Shown here: piece by piece, positions 10,175 to 19,418 of the stretch | How positions within the stretch are numbered: the first letter of the stretch is position 1 | How the letters are laid out: each line of letters begins with the position of its first letter | Source: Acidimicrobiia bacterium | GTDB lineage: Bacteria > Actinomycetota > Acidimicrobiia > Spongiisociales > UBA5794 | Direction: 5' to 3' | Assembly: GCA_041608535.1 (NCBI GenBank) | Contig: JBFISM010000003.1 | Location: 892 to 64,891 of the forward strand | Length of the DNA: 64,000 nucleotides | The notes under the pieces: model-generated | Seen by the model: the letters and a program-made list of their open reading frames with translations, nothing else | What the model was told of the DNA's origin: nothing | The model's database searches: none | Position numbers and translations under genes: made by a program

Positions 10175-11020
10175 CTAGCCCTCGTCGCCGAGACCGAGCA
10201 GGACGTCCCGCTGAAATGCGCGGCGGCCGCGGATGAGGGCGTAGGCAGCACCCACCCACGCGATGGCACCGATGAAAACCGCGGCCCGGGTCGGATCGAG
10301 GACGGCACCACCGGCGATGCCGTAGGCGATGATGATCACGGGCAGCGAGACCAGGCTGGCCACCTGCTGGGCGGCTGCGGTGCTTCGTACCTTGGCCGAG
10401 AGTCGCACGATGATGGCGACGGCGATGGCGAGGAACGGTGGCAGCACCCACAGGACGAGCGCCCACCAGCCGGGTGTTGGGAAGAACCAGCGTCCGACGG
10501 TGTCGCCGGCCATCACGTTGACCACCAGCGAATAGAGACCGAACCCACCGAGCGTCGCCAGGTATCCGGGGATGAGGCTGGCCAGCAGTTTGCCGAGGTA
10601 GATCTGCCCGACCGTCAGCGGTGAGTGGGCCAGGAACTCGCCGGTGCCCCGTTCCCGCTCTCCAACGATGGATTGGGCGCCCACCGCCGAGGACACGGTC
10701 AGCGGGACCACCACTGCGATCGGGGCGAGGAGGAACACGGCAAGCGCAAACGCAGTACGACCCTGCGCCGGAAGTGCCTGAGTGCGATCGTCGAGACGTG
10801 TGGTCAGTCCGTCGAGCACCTCACCCACTTGCATCAGCAGCGGTGAGGCTTCGATGCGGGTGACGGTCATCAGCGCCACGGCAGGGATGGCGACGAAGAA
10901 CACCATGCCCACGATGAGGAGCGGGCCCCAGTAGTCACGGCTCTTGAAGAGACGCAGCAGATCGACCCTGGCTACCGTCCAGGCGAGACGGAGTGAGCCG
11001 ACGGTGGTGGCGTCATTCAC
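10175..11020 (-). CDS. ABC-2 type permease
   Basis: Multi-TM, SIVGERERGTGEFLAHSPL, LGKLLAS. Confidence 0.88.
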   Translation of the reverse strand: MNDATTVGSLRLAWTVARVDLLRLFKSRDYWGPLLIVGMVFFVAIPAVALMTVTRIEASPLLMQVGEVLDGLTTRLDDRTQALPAQGRTAFALAVFLLAPIAVVVPLTVSSAVGAQSIVGERERGTGEFLAHSPLTVGQIYLGKLLASLIPGYLATLGGFGLYSLVVNVMAGDTVGRWFFPTPGWWALVLWVLPPFLAIAVAIIVRLSAKVRSTAAAQQVASLVSLPVIIIAYGIAGGAVLDPTRAAVFIGAIAWVGAAYALIRGRRAFQRDVLLGLGDEG

Positions 11021-11939
11021 CGGTCCACGCCCTCGTTTGGCGTTGTGCCTCGAAGTACACGTCCTCGAGCGTGGCGCCGAGCGGCTCCACCCGCCGTACC
11101 CTGGCGCCGGAGGCGACCAGCCTGTCGACGATGTCGGGGATGAGCTCCAGCGACTCGAGGCGCAGCGTCATGCGGCCGCGGCCGTTGTCGGCCTCGACCT
11201 CGAAGCCATTCATCTTGGTGAAACCGTTGAGGTTGTGTGGTTCCGCCACATCGATGACCACCCGCGGGGTACCGATGAATCGTGCGGCCAGCTCGTCGGG
11301 GCTGCCCATGATCCGCACCTGTCCGGCCGCCATCATGGCGACGAGATCGGCAACGCCCTCGGCTTCGTGGAGGAGGTGGGTGCACAGCACCACGGTGCGC
11401 CCTTCGGTGGCGAGACGCATGATGAGCGAGAGCACGGTACGTGCCGATTCGGGATCGAGTCCTGCCGTCGGCTCGTCGAGAAGAAGAATCTCTGGATCGT
11501 GGAGAAAGGCCCTGGTCAAGGCCAAACGGGTACGCATCCCGGTGGAGTAGCCCCCGACCTTGTCGTCGAGCGCATGGGCGATGCCGAACTTCTCGGCGGT
11601 GGCCTCGATCCTCGTTCGTCCGGTGCGGAACACGTCGGCCGCAAAGCGCAGGTTCTCCCGTCCGGTGAGGCGGTCGTACATCGCCGGTTTCGGGGGCACG
11701 ACCCCACAACGCTTGCGGACCTCCCCACCCTCTGCGGAGGCATCGAAGCCCGCAACGCGAATCGTGCCGGTATCCGGACGGAGCGCTCCGGTGATGAGGC
11801 GGACCGTCGTGGTCTTGCCCGCACCATTGGGCCCGAGCAGCACCGCGACCGACCCCTCGCCGACTTCGAGCGATAATTCGTCGACGGCGAGCTTGGGTCC
11901 GAATGTCTTCGAGACGCGATCGAGGGAGATTGCAGGCAC
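11013..11939 (-). CDS. ABC transporter ATP-binding protein
   Basis: GPNGAGKTT, YSTGMRTR, LLLDEPTAG, CTH. Confidence 0.92.
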   Translation of the reverse strand: MPAISLDRVSKTFGPKLAVDELSLEVGEGSVAVLLGPNGAGKTTTVRLITGALRPDTGTIRVAGFDASAEGGEVRKRCGVVPPKPAMYDRLTGRENLRFAADVFRTGRTRIEATAEKFGIAHALDDKVGGYSTGMRTRLALTRAFLHDPEILLLDEPTAGLDPESARTVLSLIMRLATEGRTVVLCTHLLHEAEGVADLVAMMAAGQVRIMGSPDELAARFIGTPRVVIDVAEPHNLNGFTKMNGFEVEADNGRGRMTLRLESLELIPDIVDRLVASGARVRRVEPLGATLEDVYFEAQRQTRAWTGE

Positions 11940-12147
11940 CTGGGCGAAAGCTAGCCGATGCTGCGAACAAATGACATAGGGCTAGCGCCATGGAAATAAC
12001 TGGGGGATGGAGGCGAACAATGAGCCGTTCGGAGCTGGGGCCACCGGCCGGGCAAGCGGGCTGGGTCCGCGCATCGGCGCACCGGAGAGAGACCTTCTTG
12101 TGTGGTGGTCCGCCGCTGGGTCTTCTCGCGGCGCGGAGGTGTGGCTG

Positions 12148-12846
12148 ATGTGCGGCCGGTTCGTGCAGTCGGCGGAGCCGGAGACCTATGCCGAGCTCTT
12201 CGACGTGGATCGCATCGTCGCCGACCGGCTGCCCCCCTCGTACAACGTGGCCCCGACCGACCCGGTCTACGCCGTCGCCGAACACGACGGAGAGCGGCTG
12301 CTCGGGTCATTTCGTTGGGGCTTGATCCCGTTCTGGGCCAAGGACCGACGAATCGCCGCCAAGAACATCAACGCCCGCAGCGAAACCGCAGCAACGAAGA
12401 GCACGTTTCGTGAGTCATTCGCCAAACGACGTTGCCTGATCCCGGCGGAGGGATTCTACGAGTGGCAACCACGGCCCAAGGGCAAGCTGCCCCACTACGT
12501 GCATGGGGTGGAGCAGCCGCTGGCCCTCGCCGGGCTGTGGGCGACGTGGCGAGATCCCGAAACTGACGAGCGAGTGCGCAGCTGCTCGATCCTCACCGGA
12601 GCCCCCAACGCCAAGGTCCGGTCCATCCACGACCGCATGCCGGTGATCCTCCCGGCAACCGCGTGGTCGATGTGGCTCGACCGAGACATGCAGGATCCCG
12701 CGAGGGCACAAGCCCTCTTACGTCCCGCCGATCCTGAGATCATGGACGTGCACCCGGTCTCGACGCTCGTGAACAAAGTGGCCAACAACGTCCCGGAGCT
12801 CATCGAGCCACTCACCACCGGTGCGGTCGATCAAGAGCTCGGCTGA
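12148..12846 (+). CDS. SOS response-associated peptidase (SRAP/YedK/HMCES family, abasic-site binding)
   Basis: N-terminal MCGRF (Cys2), YNVAPT, WGLIP, INARSET, RCLIPAEGFYEW, IHDRMP; SD GGAGGT. Confidence 0.93.
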   Translation: MCGRFVQSAEPETYAELFDVDRIVADRLPPSYNVAPTDPVYAVAEHDGERLLGSFRWGLIPFWAKDRRIAAKNINARSETAATKSTFRESFAKRRCLIPAEGFYEWQPRPKGKLPHYVHGVEQPLALAGLWATWRDPETDERVRSCSILTGAPNAKVRSIHDRMPVILPATAWSMWLDRDMQDPARAQALLRPADPEIMDVHPVSTLVNKVANNVPELIEPLTTGAVDQELG

Positions 12847-13193
12847 CCCCGCTCCACGGACACGAGCACTCCGAGGGCCGCGCCGCCGAGCCCGAGCACG
12901 ATCGCCTGGCCCACGGGACCCAGCGCGGGCAGGAGTCGGGCACTGCCGAGACCGCCGAAGAGGTTGAGGACGAGCGCGATCACCGCGGTGTTGATCGCAC
13001 CTGCGGCTCCAGCTCCTGTCGCCACCGGCCGTGGCAGAGGGCCGCCGGCCAACCGGTAGGCGACCGGTACCGAGAAGGCGATCAGCACGGGGAACAGCAC
13101 GAAATCGCTGTCGGGACGGAAGTAATTGGCCGTGACCCAGGCCGCAGCGAAGATGCCCGAGATGTAGATGTACGGATTGCGCCTCCGGTCCAC
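12831..13193 (-). CDS. Small membrane protein
   Basis: Four hydrophobic segments. Confidence 0.65.
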   Translation of the reverse strand: MDRRRNPYIYISGIFAAAWVTANYFRPDSDFVLFPVLIAFSVPVAYRLAGGPLPRPVATGAGAAGAINTAVIALVLNLFGGLGSARLLPALGPVGQAIVLGLGGAALGVLVSVERGQPSS

Positions 13194-13232
13194 GGCTGCG
13201 CATCGTAAAGAGCCATGGCGGCGTCATGGCGA

Positions 13233-13409
13233 TCAATGCAGGGCGCGCAACCCGATTGCTCCGTACCCGACGAGCCACAGACCCACGACGACCGTACGCC
13301 ACTCCGGTTGGCGACGCAGTACGACGAGCGCGGTGATCGCCGCCGCGGCGATGACAAGGAGCTGCGCCAGCACTCCGGAGTCGGTGGCAGGGAACAGGAG
13401 ATCGTGCAT
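13233..13409 (-). CDS. Small two-TM membrane protein (58 aa)
   Basis: MHDLLFPATDSGVLAQLLVIAAAAITALVVLRRQPEWRTVVVGLWLVGYGAIGLRALH. Confidence 0.65.
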   Translation of the reverse strand: MHDLLFPATDSGVLAQLLVIAAAAITALVVLRRQPEWRTVVVGLWLVGYGAIGLRALH

Positions 13410-13473
13410 GGTTGCGATTGTTGTTTCGCACGCCCGACTGCCCGTCGGGCCAGTTGGTCGATAGTCTGACGCC

Positions 13474-13908
13474 ATGGTGGACCAAGCTCAGGTGTCCGAC
13501 AAGCGATCCGTCCGGGTCCTCTTCTCGGTGCTCGGCTTCATCTTCCTGGCGTTGGGCATCGCCGGCATCTTCATCCCTGTTCTCCCCACCACCATCAACA
13601 TCATCATCGCCGCGTACTTCTTCTTCAGGTCGAACGATCGGATGTACCGCTGGTTGATCGAGCATCCCCGCTTTGGCCCCGCACTACGCGATTACCGGGC
13701 CGGGCTCGGCGTACCCCGCAAGGCCAAGATCTACGCCATCGCCACCATTGCAGTCACGTTTGCCGTCACGATGACCATCGCCGTGACCTCGTTGTGGGGA
13801 CGCATGATCATGGCCGCAACGGCCGCCGCCATCTCCGCATACATCCTCTCCCGCCCCACCAAGGAGAAGGTGGTCGCCGCCCGCAGCGGGCAGCTGGTGA
13901 GCGAGTGA
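13474..13908 (+). CDS. YbaN/DUF454 family membrane protein
   Basis: LGIAGIFIPVLPTT, WLIEHPRFGPALRDY, KAKIYA. Confidence 0.88.
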   Translation: MVDQAQVSDKRSVRVLFSVLGFIFLALGIAGIFIPVLPTTINIIIAAYFFFRSNDRMYRWLIEHPRFGPALRDYRAGLGVPRKAKIYAIATIAVTFAVTMTIAVTSLWGRMIMAATAAAISAYILSRPTKEKVVAARSGQLVSE

Positions 13909-14105
13909 TCGGTCGTTCCCCGGCAGAGCCCTCGCCTCTTGCCCTAAGCTCCGGACGGCTTTAGTAGCGGGCGGAGAAGCCGGTGCTACCGGCACCCGGT
14001 ACGGGGCCGAGATCGAGGGTCGTTCGCAAGAGCGGCCCTCGTTGGCGTGGTGATCCTGGTTCGCCGTCCTTGCCGAACCCGTCTCCGAGTCATAGCCTGC
14101 TGGGT

Positions 14106-14345
14106 ATGGAGCGCATCCGCGTCGAGTTGGACAAGGAATGGTTGTCGGTTCCCGACATCTGCGAGTACATGGACGTGTCGGCCTTCGTGGTGACCAGCCA
14201 GCTGCGTTCGGGAACCCTGCCCGGGGTGAAGTTCGGGCGTGAGTGGCGGATCTCGCGACGCGACTTCGAGGACTGGATCAACATGCAGCGCTTTGCCGCT
14301 GCCTCCCGCACAGAAGGTTCCGGCGACGGCGCCCCGTCCCCCTGA
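14106..14345 (+). CDS. Excisionase-like helix-turn-helix (HTH_17) protein
   Basis: WLSVPDICEYMDVS...LRSGTLPGVKFGREWRISRRDF. Confidence 0.85.
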   Translation: MERIRVELDKEWLSVPDICEYMDVSAFVVTSQLRSGTLPGVKFGREWRISRRDFEDWINMQRFAAASRTEGSGDGAPSP

Positions 14346-14428
14346 GCGGCTACGTTGAAGCCGACGGCGAAGGGCACGGCGACGCAACGGATGGCACAGC
14401 CGCACCCACGAGACACGGAGCAGGCTTG

Positions 14429-14923
14429 ATGGATCACGAACCAGTGGGCGGCGAGCCGCTCGAGCCGATTCCGGTCGATGCCGCCGACACCACTTTGCCG
14501 AAGCGCAAGCGGGATGCCACCGGCGTGCTCAACATCGCCATGGTGGTGTACATCTTCATCAACCTGTTGTTCGCACTGCCATTGGTGATCTTCCCAGCCA
14601 CCTTCTTCGACGTCATCGGTCTGAGTGACGAAACGTCATCGCAGCTCGGCGGACTGCGCTGGGTGGGGGCGGTGTTGCTGGCGTGGGCCATATCCGGAAT
14701 CCTCGTGCTGGCCCGCCCGGGCGGCCGTGCCATCTTCGTCACCACCGGTGCACTGCAGCTCACGCTGGCCGCTCTCGCTTTCCTCTACAGCTGGTCGATC
14801 CGGGAGTTCGAGTGGGACACCTGGTACCACCTGCTGGCCACGGCGGTGCTCGTGGCCGGCTCGCTCGTGTTGTGGTGGGCGCGGCTGGTCGGCCGGCGTG
14901 TCTTCAAGCCCGCCGACGTCTGA
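14429..14923 (+). CDS. Membrane protein (4 TM)
   Basis: Four hydrophobic segments; SD-like GGAG upstream. Confidence 0.7.
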   Translation: MDHEPVGGEPLEPIPVDAADTTLPKRKRDATGVLNIAMVVYIFINLLFALPLVIFPATFFDVIGLSDETSSQLGGLRWVGAVLLAWAISGILVLARPGGRAIFVTTGALQLTLAALAFLYSWSIREFEWDTWYHLLATAVLVAGSLVLWWARLVGRRVFKPADV

Positions 14924-14924
14924 C

Positions 14925-15521
14925 ATGGCGGACGGGGTGCGGCCGGTCGTCGTGGCGACCGAGCCGGGAAGGGGGTTTCCCGATGGCCGCTGGCTGGCGA
15001 GGTGGGGTGGCACCACGTTGCTCGACCATGTCTTGACACAGGTGCGGGGCTGGGAGCTGGGTGAGGGTCTCCTGATCCTCGGAGAGGGTGCGGAAACGAT
15101 CGTCGATCGGATCGACTACTCCGGTTTCACGGTCATCATCGATCCGGAGTGGCGCGAGGGCACGGCCTCCTCGCTGCGCACCGGGTTCGATCTGCTGCAG
15201 CGGGAGAGCGAGACCGAGGCGGCGCTCGTCGTCAATGCCGCCCGTCCCGGGGTGTCATCCAGTGTGGTCGATACGCTCCTGCAGGCGGCGGCCACGACGG
15301 ACCGCCCCGCCGTGGTACCGAAGTATCGCTATGCCCTCGGCGAGCCGGTCGTGCTGGCTCGGTGGTTGTGGCCCCGGCTCGTCGGCGTCGAGCGCACCGC
15401 TTCGCTGACGAACGCTCTGGAGTCACACCGGGAATGGATCCACGAGGTGTGGATCGACCAGGTGCCGCCTCCCATCGTGGACACTCCGGAGGCCCTGGCG
15501 GCGGTGGCGCCGCGCCGTTGA
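14925..15521 (+). CDS. MocA/MobA-like NTP-transferase fold protein with degenerate motifs
   Basis: GGTTLLDHVL, NPxW-like DPEWREGTASSLRTG, PKYR...GEPV, IVDTPEAL; canonical LAAG-SRMG motif absent. Confidence 0.7.
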   Translation: MADGVRPVVVATEPGRGFPDGRWLARWGGTTLLDHVLTQVRGWELGEGLLILGEGAETIVDRIDYSGFTVIIDPEWREGTASSLRTGFDLLQRESETEAALVVNAARPGVSSSVVDTLLQAAATTDRPAVVPKYRYALGEPVVLARWLWPRLVGVERTASLTNALESHREWIHEVWIDQVPPPIVDTPEALAAVAPRR

Positions 15522-15648
15522 GAAGGCAAACCCAGAACGGGTGGGCGGCGCCGGGGTCTCTTGGCGGGGCCGCCGGGGCCGCGGGTATGCTCGCTTGGCC
15601 AACCTACGGGGGGCGCCGACGCCACCAGCTCGACGGGAAGGACGGACG

Positions 15649-16053
15649 ATGGCCTCAATCGATGCGATCGAGGGAATCGGGCACGCTCAGGCGACCAAGC
15701 TTCGCAAGGCACGCATCAGGACCACGGAAGCGTTGCTGAGAGCTGCGGCCACCCGAGCCGGCCGCAGATCCGTCGCTGAGGCAACCGGACTCTCCGAGCA
15801 GCAGGTACTGGCGTGGGTGAATCGTGCCGACCTCATGCGGGTGAAGGGGGTTGGCGAGGAATACTCCGATCTGCTCGAAGCTGCCGGAGTGGACACCGTA
15901 CGCGAGCTGCGACGACGCAACGCCGCCAACCTGCTCACCACGATGATCGAGGTCAACGCCAAGAAGCGTCTCGTGCGGAGGCTGCCCACGCTGGGGATGG
16001 TGGAGCGCTGGGTCGATCACGCCAAGGACTTGGATCCGGTCGTCGCCCACTGA
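15649..16053 (+). CDS. DUF4332 domain protein
   Basis: IDAIEGIG, WVNRADLMRVKGVGEEYSDLLEAAGVDTVRELRRRN, VRRLP. Confidence 0.85.
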   Translation: MASIDAIEGIGHAQATKLRKARIRTTEALLRAAATRAGRRSVAEATGLSEQQVLAWVNRADLMRVKGVGEEYSDLLEAAGVDTVRELRRRNAANLLTTMIEVNAKKRLVRRLPTLGMVERWVDHAKDLDPVVAH

Positions 16054-16202
16054 TCCCGGCTGCGGCGGCGATCGTCTCGGTGTGCGGCGAACACTTTGGT
16101 GCGCCGTGATCGTCGGGTGTACACCGTCGCCGCTCCAACACGATCGCGGGCCCCGGCAGTGCTGCCGGGGCCCGTTGCGACGGTTCGTGTTCGGGTGAGC
16201 CG

Positions 16203-16829
16203 CTACTTCTTGGCGGCCGCAGGCTTGCGTGCCGTGGTCTTCTTGGCAGCCGGCGTCTTCTTGGTTGCGGAAGACTTCGACGCCGCCGTCTCGGACGAGG
16301 TGCTCTTGGCGCCACTCGTCGTGGTTGCCGCCGACTTGGCTGTCGTCCGCTTCGCCGCGGTCGTCCTGGCGGCGGTCGTCTTGGTCGCGGTCGTCTTCTT
16401 CGCCGGGGTCTTCTTGGCTGACGTCTTCGTGGCCGGCTTGTTGGCAGGCGTCTTCTTGCCGACCGTCTTCGGGCCCTCGACGGCCACCTTCTCCGGCGCC
16501 GGCTTCCCCTCGCTCGGCGTGAAGTTCTCTCGCCAGCTGTCCAGTGCAGCGTCGAGCTGGTCGCGCAGCTTGCCGACTCGGTCCTGGACCTTGTCCATGT
16601 CGACCCGGTGCTGGATCTCCTCGACCACGGTGCCGTTCTGGAACCGCTTGGCGATCTTGGCGCCCTCCTTTGCCGATTCGTCGTACCGGCTCTGCGCCTG
16701 CTCGACGATGCGGTCGGCGATCTCCGAGACCTTGGACATGTACTCCTCGGCCATGCGGCGCGCCACGACCGGGGCGCCGAGGCTGGAGTGAACGGCCTTG
16801 ATCACGATCTTCTTTTGGGTATCGAACAT
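16203..16829 (-). CDS. HbhA-like protein: coiled-coil N-terminus, Lys/Ala/Thr-rich tail
   Basis: Helical N-terminal half; tail KKTPANKPATKTSAKKTPAKK...KPAAAKK; follows an Rv0474-like regulator. Confidence 0.7.
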   Translation of the reverse strand: MFDTQKKIVIKAVHSSLGAPVVARRMAEEYMSKVSEIADRIVEQAQSRYDESAKEGAKIAKRFQNGTVVEEIQHRVDMDKVQDRVGKLRDQLDAALDSWRENFTPSEGKPAPEKVAVEGPKTVGKKTPANKPATKTSAKKTPAKKTTATKTTAARTTAAKRTTAKSAATTTSGAKSTSSETAASKSSATKKTPAAKKTTARKPAAAKK

Positions 16830-17189
16830 CTAGGTGCTCTCCTCTGCTGTGTCGCCGACGAAGCTCAGGTAGATCTGCGTCAGCGCCTGTTTTTGCGATG
16901 AACTCAATATGGTGTCGGCGCCGATCGCCTCGAGAACGTCCGGCTGCTCCAAGCCCTCGATGAGACCTGCTTTCTCATACAGCGCTTCGGCGCGTATCGA
17001 CAGGGCACGTGCGATCGACTTGAGGATCTCGGCGGACGGGTTGCGCAGTCCACGCTCGATCTGGCTCAGATACGGGTTGGAGATTCCTGCGGTCTCGGCG
17101 AGCTTGCGCAGCGACATGGCACTGCGCTGTCGATGATCCCGGATGAACTCCCCCAACTCCGACAACGATTGTTTCACGCTTGCAATCAT
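16830..17189 (-). CDS. XRE-family HTH regulator (Rv0474-like)
   Basis: LGEFIRDHR...SLRKLAETAGISNPYLSQIERGLRNPSAEILKSIARAL. Confidence 0.9.
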   Translation of the reverse strand: MIASVKQSLSELGEFIRDHRQRSAMSLRKLAETAGISNPYLSQIERGLRNPSAEILKSIARALSIRAEALYEKAGLIEGLEQPDVLEAIGADTILSSSQKQALTQIYLSFVGDTAEEST

Positions 17190-17233
17190 ACAACACAGTG
17201 CTAACTACAGCAAGCGTTAGCTGCCAGCTAGCA
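17178..17233. promoter_or_regulatory. Candidate operator with clustered GC(T/A)A(A/G)C-type hexamers
   Basis: GCTTGC 17178, GCTAAC 17200, GCAAGC 17210, GTTAGC 17216, GCTAGC 17227 between the divergent XRE and aroF genes. Confidence 0.45.
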
Positions 17234-17306
17234 CCCGTTCCGATGGTGGGCTGGTGGCAGCCACAGCTAGGTCGCAGCGACCTACCATGCTGCGCCGGAG
17301 GTAGCC

Positions 17307-18347
17307 GTGACGAGCCCCATGGGAGACGAGTCGTTGATCATCGTCATGCATGCATCGGCCACCGCAGACGACGTTGCTCACGTGGTCGAGCGTCTCGAAG
17401 CCGTCGGCGGCGCAGCTCACGTCTCGCAAGGCAAGGAACGCACTGTCATCGGTGCGATCGGCGACCGGACACTCATCCAGCAGATTCCGTGGGAGGCGAT
17501 GTCCGGGGTCGAGCGAGCGGTGCCCGTGCTCAAGCCGTTCAAATTCGTCAGCCGGGACTTCCAGGCCGAGGACACCGTCGTCGACGTCAGCGGCGTGCCC
17601 GTCGGTGGCGACCACTTTGCGGTCATTGCCGGTCCGTGCGCGGTCGAGAGCCGCGACCAGCTCTTCACCGCCGCCGCAGCCGTGGCCGCCGCCGGTGCCA
17701 CCATTCTTCGCGGCGACGCTTTCAAGCCACGTACGTCACCGTATTCCTTCCAGGGACTCGAAGAGGAAGGGCTGAAGCTGCTGGCAGAGGCGCGGGAGGA
17801 GTTCGGGCTTCCCTTCGTCGCCGAGGTGGTCGATCCGAGGCATGTCGAGCTGGTTGCCGGGTACGCCGATCTCATCCGCGTCGGCACCCGCAACATGGCC
17901 AATTTCACGTTGCTGAGCGAGCTGGGCAAACAGCAGCGTCCGGTGCTGCTCAAGCGCGGGTTCACTGCCACGATCGAGGAATGGCTCAACGCTGCGGAGT
18001 ACATCTACAAGGAGGGCAACCACAACGTCATCATGTGCGAGCGGGGCATCCGCACCTTCGAGACTGCCACCCGCAACACGCTCGACATCTCCGCCGCACC
18101 GGTGCTGCGGGAGCTCTCCCACCTCCCGGTGATCATCGATCCGTCGCACTCCGGCGGGCACCGGCACCTCGTGGCGCCCCTCACCAGAGCCGCAGTGGTC
18201 AGCGGGGCCAACGGTTTCATGGTCGACGTGCACCCGTCGCCGGAGACCGCGCTCGTCGACGGCGCTCAAGCCATCTTGCCGCGCGAGTTCGCTGTCCTCA
18301 TGGACCAAGTGCGTCAGCTCGCCGCCGTGATGCACCTCGATCTGTAA
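17307..18347 (+). CDS. aroF: 3-deoxy-7-phosphoheptulonate (DAHP) synthase, class I-beta with N-terminal regulatory domain
   Basis: IAGPCAVES, FKPRTSPYSFQGL, PVLLKRG, CERGIRTFE, DPSHSGG; SD GGAGGT. Confidence 0.95.
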   Translation: MTSPMGDESLIIVMHASATADDVAHVVERLEAVGGAAHVSQGKERTVIGAIGDRTLIQQIPWEAMSGVERAVPVLKPFKFVSRDFQAEDTVVDVSGVPVGGDHFAVIAGPCAVESRDQLFTAAAAVAAAGATILRGDAFKPRTSPYSFQGLEEEGLKLLAEAREEFGLPFVAEVVDPRHVELVAGYADLIRVGTRNMANFTLLSELGKQQRPVLLKRGFTATIEEWLNAAEYIYKEGNHNVIMCERGIRTFETATRNTLDISAAPVLRELSHLPVIIDPSHSGGHRHLVAPLTRAAVVSGANGFMVDVHPSPETALVDGAQAILPREFAVLMDQVRQLAAVMHLDL

Positions 18348-18359
18348 CCGCACACAGCC

Positions 18360-19394
18360 ATGACACGCAGCTCGGGGCGCATCGGGATCGCCGGGACCGG
18401 TCTCATCGGAGCCTCGATTGGTTTGGCGCTCGATCATCGCAGGCCCCTCGGCTGGGATCCCGATCCCGCGGCGCTCGGAGCCGCCGCCGCAGCCGGCGCC
18501 GTCGAGCCGGTGGCAGGGTATGGGGATCTGCTGACCGCCGCCGTAGACGTTCTCGTCCTCGCCGGGCCACCGCGTGCGATCCTGGCGCAAGTCACCGATG
18601 CGCAAGCGGCCGACCACATCGGGCTCGTCATCGACGTCGCAGGGGTCAAGGCCCCCATCCTCGCCGTCAACCGCTTTCCCCGGTTTGTTGGTACACATCC
18701 CATGGCCGGGCGGGAGACCTCCGGACCTGCTGCCGCCTCGGGGTCGCTCTTTCGGGGTGGGGCTTGGGTCGTGGTGCCGGACGGCGCAGCAGCAGCCGAC
18801 GTCGCCACGGTGGAGTCGATCGTCGCCGAGACCGGTGCGCGGCCGATACGGATGCGCGGAGCCGACCACGACAGCGCCGTAGCGGCGATCTCCCATGTCC
18901 CGCAGCTGCTCGCCTCTACGCTGATGAACGAGGCGATGGCGCGCACCCAGGCCCTCGACCTCGTAGCCGGAAGCTTCCGAGATCTCACCAGAGTCGCCGC
19001 CTCGGAGCCGGGATTGTGGCTGGAGGTGCTCGATGCCAATCGCAGCGAGGTGGTCTCGGTTCTCCGCGAGTACGTCGACCGGTTGGACCACGTCGCCTCG
19101 GCTCTCGACGGTCGCAGGATCGATGATGTGGCCCGGGTGCTCGACACGGCCCGTGCCGCCCGGCGTACGCTGGCGGCTCCGACGGCGGCGGTGCAGGTGG
19201 CACTCGCCGACCGGCCGGGTGAGCTGGCGCGAGTGGGTCGGGCGTTCGAGGCGAGCGGGGTCGACGTTCGCGACCTCCAGCTGCGTCACGCCCCCCACGG
19301 CGGCGGGGGCGTGCTCACCGTCTCGGTCCGCACCGATGACAAGGAAGCGATGCTCGCGGCCATGGAAGCCGAGGGGCTGCTGGTGCTCGACTGA
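18360..19394 (+). CDS. tyrA: Prephenate dehydrogenase with C-terminal ACT domain
   Basis: GTGLIGAS, GTHPMAGRE, HDSAVAAISHVPQL, FRDLTRVA, DRPGELA. Confidence 0.9.
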   Translation: MTRSSGRIGIAGTGLIGASIGLALDHRRPLGWDPDPAALGAAAAAGAVEPVAGYGDLLTAAVDVLVLAGPPRAILAQVTDAQAADHIGLVIDVAGVKAPILAVNRFPRFVGTHPMAGRETSGPAAASGSLFRGGAWVVVPDGAAAADVATVESIVAETGARPIRMRGADHDSAVAAISHVPQLLASTLMNEAMARTQALDLVAGSFRDLTRVAASEPGLWLEVLDANRSEVVSVLREYVDRLDHVASALDGRRIDDVARVLDTARAARRTLAAPTAAVQVALADRPGELARVGRAFEASGVDVRDLQLRHAPHGGGGVLTVSVRTDDKEAMLAAMEAEGLLVLD

Positions 19395-19418
19395 GTCGCC
19401 GGCTGATCCGATGCTGCT

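Noticed and set aside
14106-14345. Excisionase-like gene as a prophage or ICE marker
   Set aside because: No integrase, att-like repeat or phage gene nearby; standalone HTH_17 proteins are common in actinobacteria.
17197-17235. CIRCE element
   Set aside because: The half-site-like sequences are in the wrong order and spacing, and there are no chaperone genes adjacent.
17180-19126. 648-aa alternative-frame ORF and similar long shadow ORFs (e.g. 44425-46098, 47333-49552, 22394-23755)
   Set aside because: They overlap well-supported genes, are Arg/Pro/Gly-rich without motifs, and are expected in high-GC DNA.
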